Virus record (IMG/VR): IMGVR_UViG_3300031992_000005
Coordinates: 128,001-192,000 of that record
Length of the DNA: 64,000 nt
From: a virus
Strand: one strand, 5' to 3'
This document shows positions 1 through 9,029 of the stretch, piece by piece. A model generated the notes under the pieces. The model did not search any database. It saw only the letters and a list, made by a program, of their open reading frames with translations, and was not told the origin of the DNA. How positions within the stretch are numbered: the stretch's first letter is position 1; every line of letters begins with the position of its first letter. The position numbers and the translations under genes are program-made.

Positions 1-13
1 AAGACTGAGTAGG

Positions 14-259
14 ATGAGACAATATCTTAGCGGTATATCAAACTTCGAAGACATTGACCTAAATAAACTACTAGTGTTAGATAGATTTAAATGGGAAAAT
101 GTTAACGTAAGCCTGGATAAATTACTAGGAATAGTAAAAGCTGATAAGATAGATGATTATCATGCATACTTAGAATCATTCTTAACTACGGATCTTCAAA
201 AAAGAAACCTGAACTTGGTTTATAGGACTAGCTTTAAAGCACTGAAAGAAAAATGGTAG
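14..259 (+). CDS. hypothetical protein (frame is open back to window start, so may be 5'-truncated)
   Basis: Track ORF on the + strand; overlaps the next ORF by 7 nt; no motif recognised. Confidence 0.4.
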   Translation: MRQYLSGISNFEDIDLNKLLVLDRFKWENVNVSLDKLLGIVKADKIDDYHAYLESFLTTDLQKRNLNLVYRTSFKALKEKW

Positions 260-645
260 AGTCATATGTGAAAACTAGATATGACAACGACCTAGAGAAT
301 GATGATGTCGTAAGAAGCACTTACAAGTTAATTGTAGGTGCTTTTTATCCAAACATAAGAATATCTTCGTTTATGGAAATGCTAAAGAGAGCGTTTTACA
401 TAGATGAATGGTTACTGTTTGATCCAAAGACCACAGATAACTATAAGATCGAGGCATATCTTATGGATAGGTTGAAAGATTTCATAGACGGAAAACCTAT
501 CGACTTTGTTACTATCTATAATAAATTAATAGACGAGTGTGATTTTCTTGAATCAGAGAAATTTCAATTCACTGAAGGTAACGTAGAAAAGCGGATCTAC
601 GCTATTTACCTAGCACTTGTTGATCCGCATAAAAAATTAATATGA
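253..645 (+). CDS. hypothetical protein
   Basis: Track ORF with ATGA-type overlap to the next ORF; no motif recognised. Confidence 0.5.
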   Translation: MVESYVKTRYDNDLENDDVVRSTYKLIVGAFYPNIRISSFMEMLKRAFYIDEWLLFDPKTTDNYKIEAYLMDRLKDFIDGKPIDFVTIYNKLIDECDFLESEKFQFTEGNVEKRIYAIYLALVDPHKKLI

Positions 646-1268
646 TTGAAGTAAGTTTATATTCAGTTCCCACTGGTAGCGATGTTAATGTATCTATGGG
701 AAAGTGTCTTGACCGTGTCCGCTATGATAAAGAAAAGATGGGCACAGGTGTAATGTCTTTTGTTAAGGGATTCTTGAAGGCAAATATTCAATCCATTGAA
801 CCAGCTCTTGGTAATAACAAGGATATTACAGAATTTATTACATCCGACACTGCAATGACCACAAAGGACTTAGCTAGTATCAATTATTTCTTGGCTAAGG
901 GTGGACTCTTGGTAAAGGTAGTTAATGTAACTGAAGATGAAGAGAATCCAACTGGTCCATCTGCAGAAACAGCTGAATGGAATATAATTGATTATAATTT
1001 CATCCAGAATGAATATCCAACTGCAGTAAAGATCATCCCAGGTACAGGAATGGATGTAGTTAGTGTTCTTAAGCAAGTAGTAGATAATTCTGATCTTTTC
1101 GATCCTAGTAAGTTTGGTGAGGATATCAAGAACCCTCTTAAAGAAACTGTTAGAAGACTTGAACTCGCTAAGGAAAAGTTGGGTCGCATTGAACCAGGTC
1201 TTGCTACTAAGATTTACGAAATTCTTGAACAAACAGGCTTTAAGGTATTCCTAGCAACTGGTGAATAA
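642..1268 (+). CDS. hypothetical protein
   Basis: 208-aa track ORF, tightly packed with neighbours; no motif recognised. Confidence 0.55.
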   Translation: MIEVSLYSVPTGSDVNVSMGKCLDRVRYDKEKMGTGVMSFVKGFLKANIQSIEPALGNNKDITEFITSDTAMTTKDLASINYFLAKGGLLVKVVNVTEDEENPTGPSAETAEWNIIDYNFIQNEYPTAVKIIPGTGMDVVSVLKQVVDNSDLFDPSKFGEDIKNPLKETVRRLELAKEKLGRIEPGLATKIYEILEQTGFKVFLATGE

Positions 1269-1720
1269 TGTTAGCATTACAGAATGACCTACTAGAGATT
1301 TATAACAACTTAGTAATATTCAGTAAAACTACCGTTCAATCCAGTAACCCAATTCCCATCACAGTAAGAGTAGAAAATGGTCAATACGGATCCCCCATTG
1401 TATTTGAACAAGGGGGAATTTCCGTCAGACTAAGACTTCCTATCTATTATTGCCTGGGATTTGATACATTAACAAAGCCAACATATCTTCTTCCTAGGGA
1501 TTATGATTTTATGATGTCATCCTTACAAAGTCTTATTGCTAATGATAAGATCCTGGAAGATAGAACATGTCTTAGCCCAGAAAATTACGGATTTGATGTC
1601 TATTCTGTTGATTATAAGGACTTTTGGAAAGGTCCTAATATCATAGGAAGCGTAAGGTTCATTTCTGGAAATTCTTGGCTATTCAGAACATACGTAAAAT
1701 GGAAGTACAAGTTAAAGTGA
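1268..1720 (+). CDS. hypothetical protein
   Basis: 150-aa track ORF; TAATG junction with the upstream gene. Confidence 0.55.
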   Translation: MLALQNDLLEIYNNLVIFSKTTVQSSNPIPITVRVENGQYGSPIVFEQGGISVRLRLPIYYCLGFDTLTKPTYLLPRDYDFMMSSLQSLIANDKILEDRTCLSPENYGFDVYSVDYKDFWKGPNIIGSVRFISGNSWLFRTYVKWKYKLK

Positions 1721-1737
1721 TAAGTGAAAAAATAAAT

Positions 1738-2178
1738 ATGAGTAAACCTTGTGTAAAAGTAGTAAATACTTCTAATTACCCACTCCCAGAGTATAAAACT
1801 CCAGGCAGCGCCGGTATGGACCTTATAAATGTGGGGAATCAAGTTATCCTTGAGCCAGGAAAACGGGCTCTTTTCCCAACTGGACTCTGCATTGAACTTC
1901 CACAAGGAATGGAAGCACAGGTTAGACCTAGAAGTGGACTTGCCTTAAAGCAAGGAATAACTGTTTTAAATACCCCAGGAACAATAGATTCAGATTATAG
2001 AGGCGAAATAGGAGTAATTCTTATTAACCTTGGAGAAGAACCTGTTACTATTAATCCTGGAGATCGTATTGCTCAGCTTGTATTTTCATGGGTTAATCAA
2101 GTTGATTGGATTCCCTCTAATACATTAGGGGAAACTGATCGAGGAGCTGGTGGATATGGACATACAGGGAAGCAATGA
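1738..2178 (+). CDS. dut: dUTP pyrophosphatase (trimeric dUTPase)
   Basis: Motifs [35 protein letters not shown] and [10 protein letters not shown]. The track ORF starts at 1675. The ATG at 1738 (MSKPCVKVV...) lies after the upstream stop and gives a canonical length. Confidence 0.9.
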   Translation: MSKPCVKVVNTSNYPLPEYKTPGSAGMDLINVGNQVILEPGKRALFPTGLCIELPQGMEAQVRPRSGLALKQGITVLNTPGTIDSDYRGEIGVILINLGEEPVTINPGDRIAQLVFSWVNQVDWIPSNTLGETDRGAGGYGHTGKQ

Positions 2179-2515
2179 AATCTCTAGACTCCTAGGGATG
2201 AGAGGTTATAAGCGACTGGAAGTAGATGATGATATAACACAAAGACTATTAGGATTTGATTATTCATTACTTCCAGGCTTAAACCTAAGATTCTTAGAGA
2301 CAAAGAAAAAAGAAAATGATTGGACTGAGTACTTAATACTCTATCAAGTCCAAAAATACAGAGATACCACACAATACTTTAAACATATTTTTGATATCCT
2401 ATCAGTGATATCAAAAGAGCTTGCCAAAATTACGGATATCGATTCCATTGGCATTCAAGAAGTAGAGTGTGGACTAACAAATTATTATTACTTTTTAATT
2501 TATATTTTAAAATGA
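2150..2515 (+). CDS. hypothetical protein
   Basis: Track ORF; overlaps the dut 3' end; no motif recognised. Confidence 0.45.
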   Translation: MDMDIQGSNEISRLLGMRGYKRLEVDDDITQRLLGFDYSLLPGLNLRFLETKKKENDWTEYLILYQVQKYRDTTQYFKHIFDILSVISKELAKITDIDSIGIQEVECGLTNYYYFLIYILK

Positions 2516-2931
2516 AAAGACTTAATGAAGAAGGACAAGTAGTAAATCCAATTTTAGCTGAATTTGAAGAAGACTCCGATAAGGAAAGAGCAGATCAGAT
2601 TGTACTTGGTTGGAATAATGTAGAAGAAGCCGCTAAGGAAATTCTTAGTACAGTACTAAGCAGACTAGTATCTCCAGAGACAATCCCAGTATTTCTTTGG
2701 AAAAATACAGATTCAAACTCTGACCTACAACAGATCGTAGTTGTAGATAATAATACAGGATCAGATGATTTCGGATTAGGTATTATTCATGCAGGATATA
2801 CAATGGTTTTGCCACACATCCCTTTCTCCTACTTAGAAACAGATGTCATTACTGACATGAAGAAGTATAAGATTGGTAAGGATATTATTACGGCATATGA
2901 AAAAATTCTAAACAGATGGAGAAAAGAATGA
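2512..2931 (+). CDS. hypothetical protein
   Basis: The track ORF is 2467..2931. The ATG at 2512 forms an ATGA overlap with the upstream stop. Confidence 0.5.
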   Translation: MKRLNEEGQVVNPILAEFEEDSDKERADQIVLGWNNVEEAAKEILSTVLSRLVSPETIPVFLWKNTDSNSDLQQIVVVDNNTGSDDFGLGIIHAGYTMVLPHIPFSYLETDVITDMKKYKIGKDIITAYEKILNRWRKE

Positions 2932-3944
2932 GAATATTAGCCCTAGATCTTGGATATTCCGCTCTCAAATATACTTACATAGATGAGAACGGAAAAATGG
3001 TCAGTGATAAGATTATTTCTGCTGCAGCTAAACTACCTGAAGCTCCTATCGAAGTGGATAACGATGAACTGTTCAGACTAGGCACAGATTGGTACCTCCT
3101 AGGACCAAGTGCTCTTAGGACAGCTAGAAGTTATCTCCTTCCTTTGGAGACATTTGATGATATGCTGGCAGTTTATCCAGCATGGATTAGCTATCTCCTA
3201 AAGAAGCTTGAACATATTAAGTTTGATAAAGTAACAATCGGCCTATCATTTGCATTTGTAAATGAAGCCGATAGACTTCTTACTCACTTATACGATACCC
3301 TAATGATAGATCCTAGTACGAAATTCTTCGTATGCTTACCACAAGCATTATCTGCTAGACGTGGCTTAGTGAAATACGGAGTTAGTATTAAGGACAATGC
3401 AGCAAATGCAACAAAAGCCTCTGACTTTCAATCTTTTGTAATTATCGATGTAGGTCAGAATACAGTTGATGGTTGTAGTGTGATTAATGGAAAATCTGCT
3501 GCGGGTGCAAACTTAGGTATAGCTGATTCTGGTGTAATTGTTGTAGCTAGAAATATCGCAGATTATATCTATAAGAAATATGAATATAGAATCTCCATTA
3601 AAGAGGCACAGACAGTTGTAGATACAGGTATCTTAACTAGACGTGGCCGAGAAATTGACTTGACGGATATCGTTAAGCAATTGAAGAAGAGATACTTAAT
3701 TGATCTTCTTAACCTAATTGAAGAAAGGTATGGAGAATTCTTAGATGCTGCTGATAATCTTGTTATTATTGGCGGAGGAGCATACTTATTTAATCAAATG
3801 CTAGGGGATAAGGATTTCTGCGCAGAAGTAGAAAAGCATTTCCCAGTTAGCTTTATCATTACGCCAAAGGATAGTAGTGAATATTATAACAGTATATCTT
3901 ATTTATTAATTACGGAGGATCTTGTAAATTCGGGAAAGATTTAA
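2928..3944 (+). CDS. actin-like ATPase (ParM/Alp-like, ASKHA fold)
   Basis: MRILALDLGYSALKY (phosphate-1), FVIIDVGQNTVDG (phosphate-2) and LVIIGGGAYL (adenosine motif). Start 2928 is preferred because of an ATGA overlap; the track start is 2916. Confidence 0.65.
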   Translation: MRILALDLGYSALKYTYIDENGKMVSDKIISAAAKLPEAPIEVDNDELFRLGTDWYLLGPSALRTARSYLLPLETFDDMLAVYPAWISYLLKKLEHIKFDKVTIGLSFAFVNEADRLLTHLYDTLMIDPSTKFFVCLPQALSARRGLVKYGVSIKDNAANATKASDFQSFVIIDVGQNTVDGCSVINGKSAAGANLGIADSGVIVVARNIADYIYKKYEYRISIKEAQTVVDTGILTRRGREIDLTDIVKQLKKRYLIDLLNLIEERYGEFLDAADNLVIIGGGAYLFNQMLGDKDFCAEVEKHFPVSFIITPKDSSEYYNSISYLLITEDLVNSGKI

Positions 3945-3964
3945 ATTTTAATTAAACACAGGAG

Positions 3965-4007
3965 AGCATGACATAGTTCTTGTTGATAGAGGACTACCTG
4001 TCATGCT
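3965..4007 (+). terminator. intrinsic-terminator-like hairpin
   Basis: A 9-bp stem (agcatgaca/tgtcatgct) followed by tttcatttt, directly after the actin-like gene. Confidence 0.55.
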
Positions 4008-4023
4008 TTTCATTTTCTAATAT

Positions 4024-4527
4024 ATGGAGACAAAGATTATTAAAGGACAAGCATGGATCGTTGGTGATAAGCTTGTTCAGGATCAAACAATGTTTACTAC
4101 AACTGGTGCAGTTAGTTCAAATATTGTTCCCCTGATAAATAATATATGGGATGACTTGTTGAGTGCTAATGGTACATTCAAGTGCAATTCCAAGAAAAAT
4201 TTCTTCTACTGGGAGTATAAAATGACAGATTCAACAGATGATACTCTTGAAGTAGATGTCATAATTGAATGTCCTAGACCTAAACCTGGCATTTTTACTG
4301 AACCTTACGACCCTGAAAATGGTACAAGTGATTGGGCTAAGTATTGGCTAGGAAGATTGAAGACTACTTATGATAATGCAAAGAAAGCTTACACAATTCA
4401 GCCTCAGGAAGTTATTTTTCCAGGCACAGAATATGTAGCTCCAACAGGGGAAATTGTTACAGTTGAAGAAAATACAGTAGTAAGAGATGATTTGGGTGAT
4501 ATTACAAATCTTCTTATATCATTTTAA
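4024..4527 (+). CDS. hypothetical protein
   Basis: 167-aa track ORF bracketed by hairpins; no motif recognised. Confidence 0.55.
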   Translation: METKIIKGQAWIVGDKLVQDQTMFTTTGAVSSNIVPLINNIWDDLLSANGTFKCNSKKNFFYWEYKMTDSTDDTLEVDVIIECPRPKPGIFTEPYDPENGTSDWAKYWLGRLKTTYDNAKKAYTIQPQEVIFPGTEYVAPTGEIVTVEENTVVRDDLGDITNLLISF

Positions 4528-4532
4528 TTAAA

Positions 4533-4562
4533 AGGCCGGGGATTTAGTAATAACCTTGGCCT
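4533..4562 (+). terminator. intrinsic-terminator-like hairpin
   Basis: Stem aggccgggg/ccttggcct (includes G:U pairs) followed by aaattttt. Confidence 0.45.
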
Positions 4563-4600
4563 AAATTTTTCACAACAGAGCCACTCATTTCTTTATCTAT

Positions 4601-6106
4601 ATGATAAATTCACGGAATTATAAATTTAAGATCAATGTAAGCGCAGAAGCTTATACTAGTAAAATAGAAGCTAGAGCCTGTTTAACGCAAGAAAGTGCCA
4701 AAAAAATTGGAAGATCCAAGATGGCATTTAAAGAACAGTGGTTAACTGTAGATGAATTTCTAGAAAAAGCTACATCAGGTTATTGTTTCTGTAATATCTT
4801 TGAATTTGATCCTAATGTAATGTACAAGATATCAACAAGTCGCTCTAAAGTTTGGAAGATCTATCCAGTTTATAAAACCGGAGTTAACGCGGGTTGTATG
4901 AAATTAGGATTCAAAAGAGATGAGTTCTTTAAGGAAAGTTATGCGGTTTTTGTTGATATAGATTCCACCAGATTTCAGAGAGTTGATGCTTATATTAATA
5001 AGTTAACTTTTAAGCCAACTTGCGTATACATGTCTTATAGTGATGGTCTTGAGAAAAATGAAGTCACTAGTAGAAGATTTCACTTAATATATGTATTTGA
5101 TTCTCCCTTAGGAAAGCAAGATTTTCTTAAAGTATCTGAAATAATAACAAGGCAAATAGAAGAGGATACTGGGGAAATAGTTGAAGATTACTGTGGAACT
5201 AGACTCAGCCAATACATGAATGGTTGTTTTGGAAATCAAGAAGTGTACAAAACATACCTAGTTTATTCAATCTTAGATATCTTAGAGAAAGCAGAAAAAT
5301 TTTCTATTCCAATTATTGTCAAAGAAAAGCCTTCAATTAGTTTTAATGAATGGGTACTTATCGATTTTGATAATTTTGAAGAAGAGGAATTTAAATCAAA
5401 GCCTTGTTGGATAAACTGTTTGAGTACTTATACTTATCTTTGGAGAATAACAAAACCTGAATGGATCAATGGTGCTTATCAATTTGTTGATCCTGGTTAC
5501 TTTAGGCTTTTTTTCTATCCAGAAAAAGTTGAGGATGGAAATAAAAGAAGAAGAAAGCTATATGAAAGAATGTGTCTCAGGCGAATTATGAAGCCAGAGA
5601 TAACATCAGAGGAATTACAGTTTAATACAATAATGGATGTGCTTAAGTTTTTCGATAATAGCGATAGAGTAATAGATTCGGATTTTATTAAAAGAAATAT
5701 TACAAATTGTTTTAGTTATTCTGTTGAAGAGTTAATAGAACAATATTCTACAGAAATAGAATATCTTAGAAAAATATTCTATCCTAGGAGAGGAATTATT
5801 TATAGAACAAGATCTCATCATACCAGAGATATTACTTGGTGTATCCTAGATGAAATGTTTAATGATAATTTATCAGTTAGGGAAAATTTTGAAAATATTA
5901 ATAATGATGGATTTCCTATTAGTTTGAGATCTTTATATGATTACATAAATGATAGGGGTATTGTTATTAAAGGAAAAATAAGAGATGATGAATTACAAAA
6001 CCTAATTAATCCTAATTTATCGGGAAGAGAAAATTATAAGCTTTTAAGGGAGAAAGGATATAAAGTAGATATTCGAAGAATTAATGAATTACTAAAACGT
6101 AAATAA
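4601..6106 (+). CDS. AEP-type primase / replication-initiator-like protein
   Basis: YAVFVDIDS (DxD motif I) and RRFHLIYVFDSPL (sxH-like motif II). It lies immediately upstream of an iteron array and an AT-rich tract. Confidence 0.45.
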   Translation: MINSRNYKFKINVSAEAYTSKIEARACLTQESAKKIGRSKMAFKEQWLTVDEFLEKATSGYCFCNIFEFDPNVMYKISTSRSKVWKIYPVYKTGVNAGCMKLGFKRDEFFKESYAVFVDIDSTRFQRVDAYINKLTFKPTCVYMSYSDGLEKNEVTSRRFHLIYVFDSPLGKQDFLKVSEIITRQIEEDTGEIVEDYCGTRLSQYMNGCFGNQEVYKTYLVYSILDILEKAEKFSIPIIVKEKPSISFNEWVLIDFDNFEEEEFKSKPCWINCLSTYTYLWRITKPEWINGAYQFVDPGYFRLFFYPEKVEDGNKRRRKLYERMCLRRIMKPEITSEELQFNTIMDVLKFFDNSDRVIDSDFIKRNITNCFSYSVEELIEQYSTEIEYLRKIFYPRRGIIYRTRSHHTRDITWCILDEMFNDNLSVRENFENINNDGFPISLRSLYDYINDRGIVIKGKIRDDELQNLINPNLSGRENYKLLREKGYKVDIRRINELLKRK

Positions 6107-6110
6107 TACA

Positions 6111-6213
6111 ATGCAACAAATGTTACATTGGAATGCAACAAATGTTACATCAGAGTTTAATTAAAAAAGAACTATGCAACAAATGTTACATTAGGATGCA
6201 ACAAATGTTACAT
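6111..6213 (+). repeat. 4 dispersed copies of the 18-mer ATGCAACAAATGTTACAT
   Basis: Exact copies at 6111-6128, 6133-6150, 6174-6191 and 6196-6213. Confidence 0.9.
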
Positions 6214-6223
6214 TAATGGTTTA

Positions 6224-6337
6224 ATGTTACAAATTCAAAAATATGTTACAAATTCAAAAATATGTTACAAATTCAAAAATATGTTACAAATTCAAAAATA
6301 TGTTACAAATTCAAAAATATGTTACAAATTCAAAAAT
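6224..6337 (+). repeat. 6 perfect head-to-tail copies of the 19-mer ATGTTACAAATTCAAAAAT
   Basis: Copies start at 6224, 6243, 6262, 6281, 6300 and 6319. An inverted partial copy (ttttgtaacaaat) follows at about 6343-6355. Confidence 0.95.
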
Positions 6338-6360
6338 ATGAAATTTTGTAACAAATAAAA

Positions 6361-6535
6361 AAATCGCTAAATAAAAGATAGTATAATATATATTATTAAA
6401 TATAAATATAATAAATAATATAATATATATAATTATTATTAAATATAAATATAATAATTAATATAATATAAATAATATAAATATAATAAATATAAATATA
6501 TATAATATAATATAATATATATATATACAACACCA
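6361..6535. repeat. AT-only low-complexity tract (ATATAAT/AAATATAAT variants)
   Basis: Read directly from the sequence. The minus-strand ORF 6396..6584 here translates to I/Y/N low-complexity sequence. Confidence 0.85.
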
Positions 6536-6638
6536 ACCAACCTTTAATCTTAAATTGCAAAAACGCATCACCTTTATAAAACACTGAAATAGAAGGACTT
6601 AAAGCCTTACTTATGTTTATAAATTTAAAATAAGGGTT

Positions 6639-7487
6639 ATGATATTTACAGTATTAGAACAGATGTACAAATGTGGATGTGAAAAGGGCGTAGCAGACCT
6701 AATATCTGAAGGAATACTAGACAAGATCAATGATTTAGCTGAATGGGATTTATGTAGATTCCCTTCTAAAGAAATTGAAAGACGTCAGATTACATTTCCA
6801 ATCTATCTTGATGAGACTGGAACAGTATCTGCCGAATCTAAAGTAGAAACAAAACCCATCTATGAAGAGAATAGGAAGTTCTTAGGAGAGACACCAAAAC
6901 TTGCTCCCGGGAATTGTATCTTAGTAGATGGGCAGGTTATTGCAATAGATAGGCCGGATAGATTAGTCCTAGTTGTGTCCAAGACTGGTGGAAGAGCATT
7001 GACTAGAATTTACGATGAGATCATAACTCCTGAGTATGAGTTGTACCATAGTAAGAATACATCTCTTAAGTTTACTTGGGATTCACCTGGAGTAGAAATA
7101 CCAAAGGAATTTGATGGGGAATATAGAGTTCCTTATTCTAAGTATAAATATTGGAAGGAGTTTTTTGTTAGGGGAAGAGATCTCACTCCAGACCCTAATG
7201 GAAACTTGGCAATCTTAGTTAATATAGATTATATATTTCCGGTAGAACTATACTTTACTCCTTGGACGGTTAAGTTTAAGAAAACTGATTTCGAAGAAGG
7301 GGAAGAGTCTTTGGTTGAATATCTTGTAGATTCTGTTCTTCGGGATTTTTGTGTAGGATATACAAGACTTGTGAACCCATTAGGAGAATTTCCAACTCCA
7401 GCTGAACAAGTACAGAGATTATTGGAGTTTGACAAGCAGGTTCAGATTAATCAATTCAAGCTAATGAATGGAGCAAAAAATTTATAA
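6639..7487 (+). CDS. hypothetical protein
   Basis: 282-aa track ORF; no motif recognised. Confidence 0.55.
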   Translation: MIFTVLEQMYKCGCEKGVADLISEGILDKINDLAEWDLCRFPSKEIERRQITFPIYLDETGTVSAESKVETKPIYEENRKFLGETPKLAPGNCILVDGQVIAIDRPDRLVLVVSKTGGRALTRIYDEIITPEYELYHSKNTSLKFTWDSPGVEIPKEFDGEYRVPYSKYKYWKEFFVRGRDLTPDPNGNLAILVNIDYIFPVELYFTPWTVKFKKTDFEEGEESLVEYLVDSVLRDFCVGYTRLVNPLGEFPTPAEQVQRLLEFDKQVQINQFKLMNGAKNL

Positions 7488-7496
7488 AAATAAAAA

Positions 7497-7513
7497 GTAG
7501 GCCAAGTGCCTAC
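7497..7513. terminator. bidirectional terminator-like hairpin between convergent genes
   Basis: gtaggc-caagt-gcctac, flanked by an A-run upstream and a T-run downstream. Confidence 0.6.
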
Positions 7514-7519
7514 CTTTTT

Positions 7520-8221
7520 TTAACTTAGTTTGTCTGTGATATTATCAATGAGCCCGAATTTTCCATATCGACCTGGAAGACATTCTTCTGCCTTAAGATA
7601 ATGATCTCGACTTGCATCATTCTTAACTTCTACTAGATCTTTTCCAGAAGCATCGGCTAAGATTTGCATAAGTTCTTCGTTGAGGGTTTTTGTCTCTCTT
7701 GTCATGATTTCTAGGTCGGGATATGTAATTCTATCGCTACCAGTGGAAACTGAGTGAATCATAATCCTACTGTGTTCTAGGGCAGATCTATTTCCTATAG
7801 TTCCGCCGACCATTAGGATACTTCCCATACTAGCAGCTAGACCTAAACAAGTAGTACTCAAAGTACAATCTTGTTTTACAAGTTGCATTGTATCATACAG
7901 GGCTAAGCCATGATAAACGGAACCTCCTCCAGTACTAAGATACATCCTAATACCTTCGTTTTTATCTATGGCGTGAAGATATAATAATTGACTGAGGGCT
8001 ATATTTGCCGAGTCTGAGGTTACTTCATCGCCGAAGAAAATAATTCTGTTACTCATGAGCTCTGAGAATACATCAACTTGTACCATTCTCTCTTGGCTCT
8101 CTTTTGTAATGTAAGGGGTAATAATACCATTCTGAAACTTAGCATAATCATCAACTACGCTTGTGCTAACTGTTTTCTTACTCTTACAAAACTTTCTGAA
8201 ATCTTTGAATAAATTAAACAT
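7520..8221 (-). CDS. clpP: ClpP-family serine protease subunit
   Basis: RIIFFGDEV, YLSTGGGSVYHGLALYDTMQ, GLAASMGS (Ser), RIMIHS (His) and RDHYLKAEE...GLID (Asp region). It has an N-terminal extension of about 45 aa. Confidence 0.85.
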   Translation of the reverse strand: MFNLFKDFRKFCKSKKTVSTSVVDDYAKFQNGIITPYITKESQERMVQVDVFSELMSNRIIFFGDEVTSDSANIALSQLLYLHAIDKNEGIRMYLSTGGGSVYHGLALYDTMQLVKQDCTLSTTCLGLAASMGSILMVGGTIGNRSALEHSRIMIHSVSTGSDRITYPDLEIMTRETKTLNEELMQILADASGKDLVEVKNDASRDHYLKAEECLPGRYGKFGLIDNITDKLS

Positions 8222-8309
8222 AAGTTAATAGTTTTTGGAACAATACATTTGTAAGGATTTGAAGCGTAGTTTTTGCTGATCTCTGCCCATAGAAACCTTA
8301 TCTTTGATT

Positions 8310-9029
8310 ATGAAAACTTTATATATTTGTGGTGACATTCATGGAGAATTAGTACCATTAGTGAATGATGCCGCCAAGGAGATAAAAGATGCCTCAATTC
8401 TTATCGTTGGAGATTTTGGGGCTGGTTTTGGCGGAACAATAGAGAGTTATAAGAAAATAGAAAAGAACTTGGAAGAACGGAATATTGAACTCTATGCTAT
8501 TAGAGGAAATCACGATGACCCTTCTTGGTTTATTGATGGAAGTCATGATCTTCCAAGGTTAAAGTTTTTGAAAGACCACACGTTGATTGACATATGTGGT
8601 TATTCAATTTATCCGGTGGGTGGGGCTACTTCGGTTGACATTGACTTGCCAGATTTCTCTGGAAAAACAAGAAGACAGAGAAACAATGACCTAATAAGAT
8701 ATAGATCTCATAAGAGAGTCTGGTGGCCGGGGGAAGTTATTGACACAAGTGTAGAAACTTTTCCTATTAAGGTGGATATTATTGTTTCTCATGATGCCCC
8801 TCTTGGTTTTGAACCTATTCCAACTAGGACAGAATATATGTCTTTAGAAACATGGAATAGTGTACTGGAGGGAAGAAAGTATCTAGACAAAGTCTTGAAG
8901 GAGATTAATTGTAAGAGATGGTTTTATGGACATCATCATAAATCTTATTCAGGACATGTTGGAGATTTGTTATACAGATGTTTAGGAATACAAGAATTAT
9001 ATCAAGTACCAGAAAAGGAAAAAGAATGA
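8310..9029 (+). CDS. calcineurin-like metallophosphoesterase
   Basis: ICGDIHG, VGDFGAG, IRGNHDD, VSHDAP and YGHHH. The track start 8304 is TTG; the first ATG is at 8310. Confidence 0.8.
   Translation: MKTLYICGDIHGELVPLVNDAAKEIKDASILIVGDFGAGFGGTIESYKKIEKNLEERNIELYAIRGNHDDPSWFIDGSHDLPRLKFLKDHTLIDICGYSIYPVGGATSVDIDLPDFSGKTRRQRNNDLIRYRSHKRVWWPGEVIDTSVETFPIKVDIIVSHDAPLGFEPIPTRTEYMSLETWNSVLEGRKYLDKVLKEINCKRWFYGHHHKSYSGHVGDLLYRCLGIQELYQVPEKEKE

Larger units (their letters stand above)
6107..6540. promoter_or_regulatory. putative replication origin (iterons plus AT-rich unwinding-like tract)
   Basis: 430-bp non-coding stretch directly after the primase-like gene. It contains two iteron classes sharing the core ATGTTACA, then about 170 bp of almost pure A/T. 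Confidence 0.5.

Noticed and set aside
870-1232. Antisense or alternate-frame track ORFs nested inside longer + strand genes: 870-1232, 992-1189, 1612-1905, 2184-2372, 7229-7435, 10370-10555, 13932-14132, 15290-15508, 15866-16048, 20169-20354, 20597-20812, 25929-26159, 26466-26666, 30635-30817, 31370-31606, 35836-36033, 37217-37417, 37453-37683, 41587-41781, 42658-42858, 43390-43587, 45968-46330, 53172-53354, 59951-60418 and 62688-62894.
   Set aside because: Each lies wholly within a longer co-directional gene that has recognisable motifs or better packing. They are typical shadow ORFs of AT-rich DNA, and none shows a motif.
6224-6337. Considered whether the perfectly repeated 19-mers (and the 18-mers at 6111-6213) could be a CRISPR array.
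   Set aside because: The 19-mers are contiguous head-to-tail with no spacers. The 18-mers are separated by only 4-23 bp of non-unique sequence. The units are too short and no cas genes are adjacent. An iteron/origin interpretation fits better.
6396-6584. Minus-strand 62-aa ORF in the track.
   Set aside because: It translates an A/T-only low-complexity tract into I/Y/N repeats, so it is not a plausible protein.
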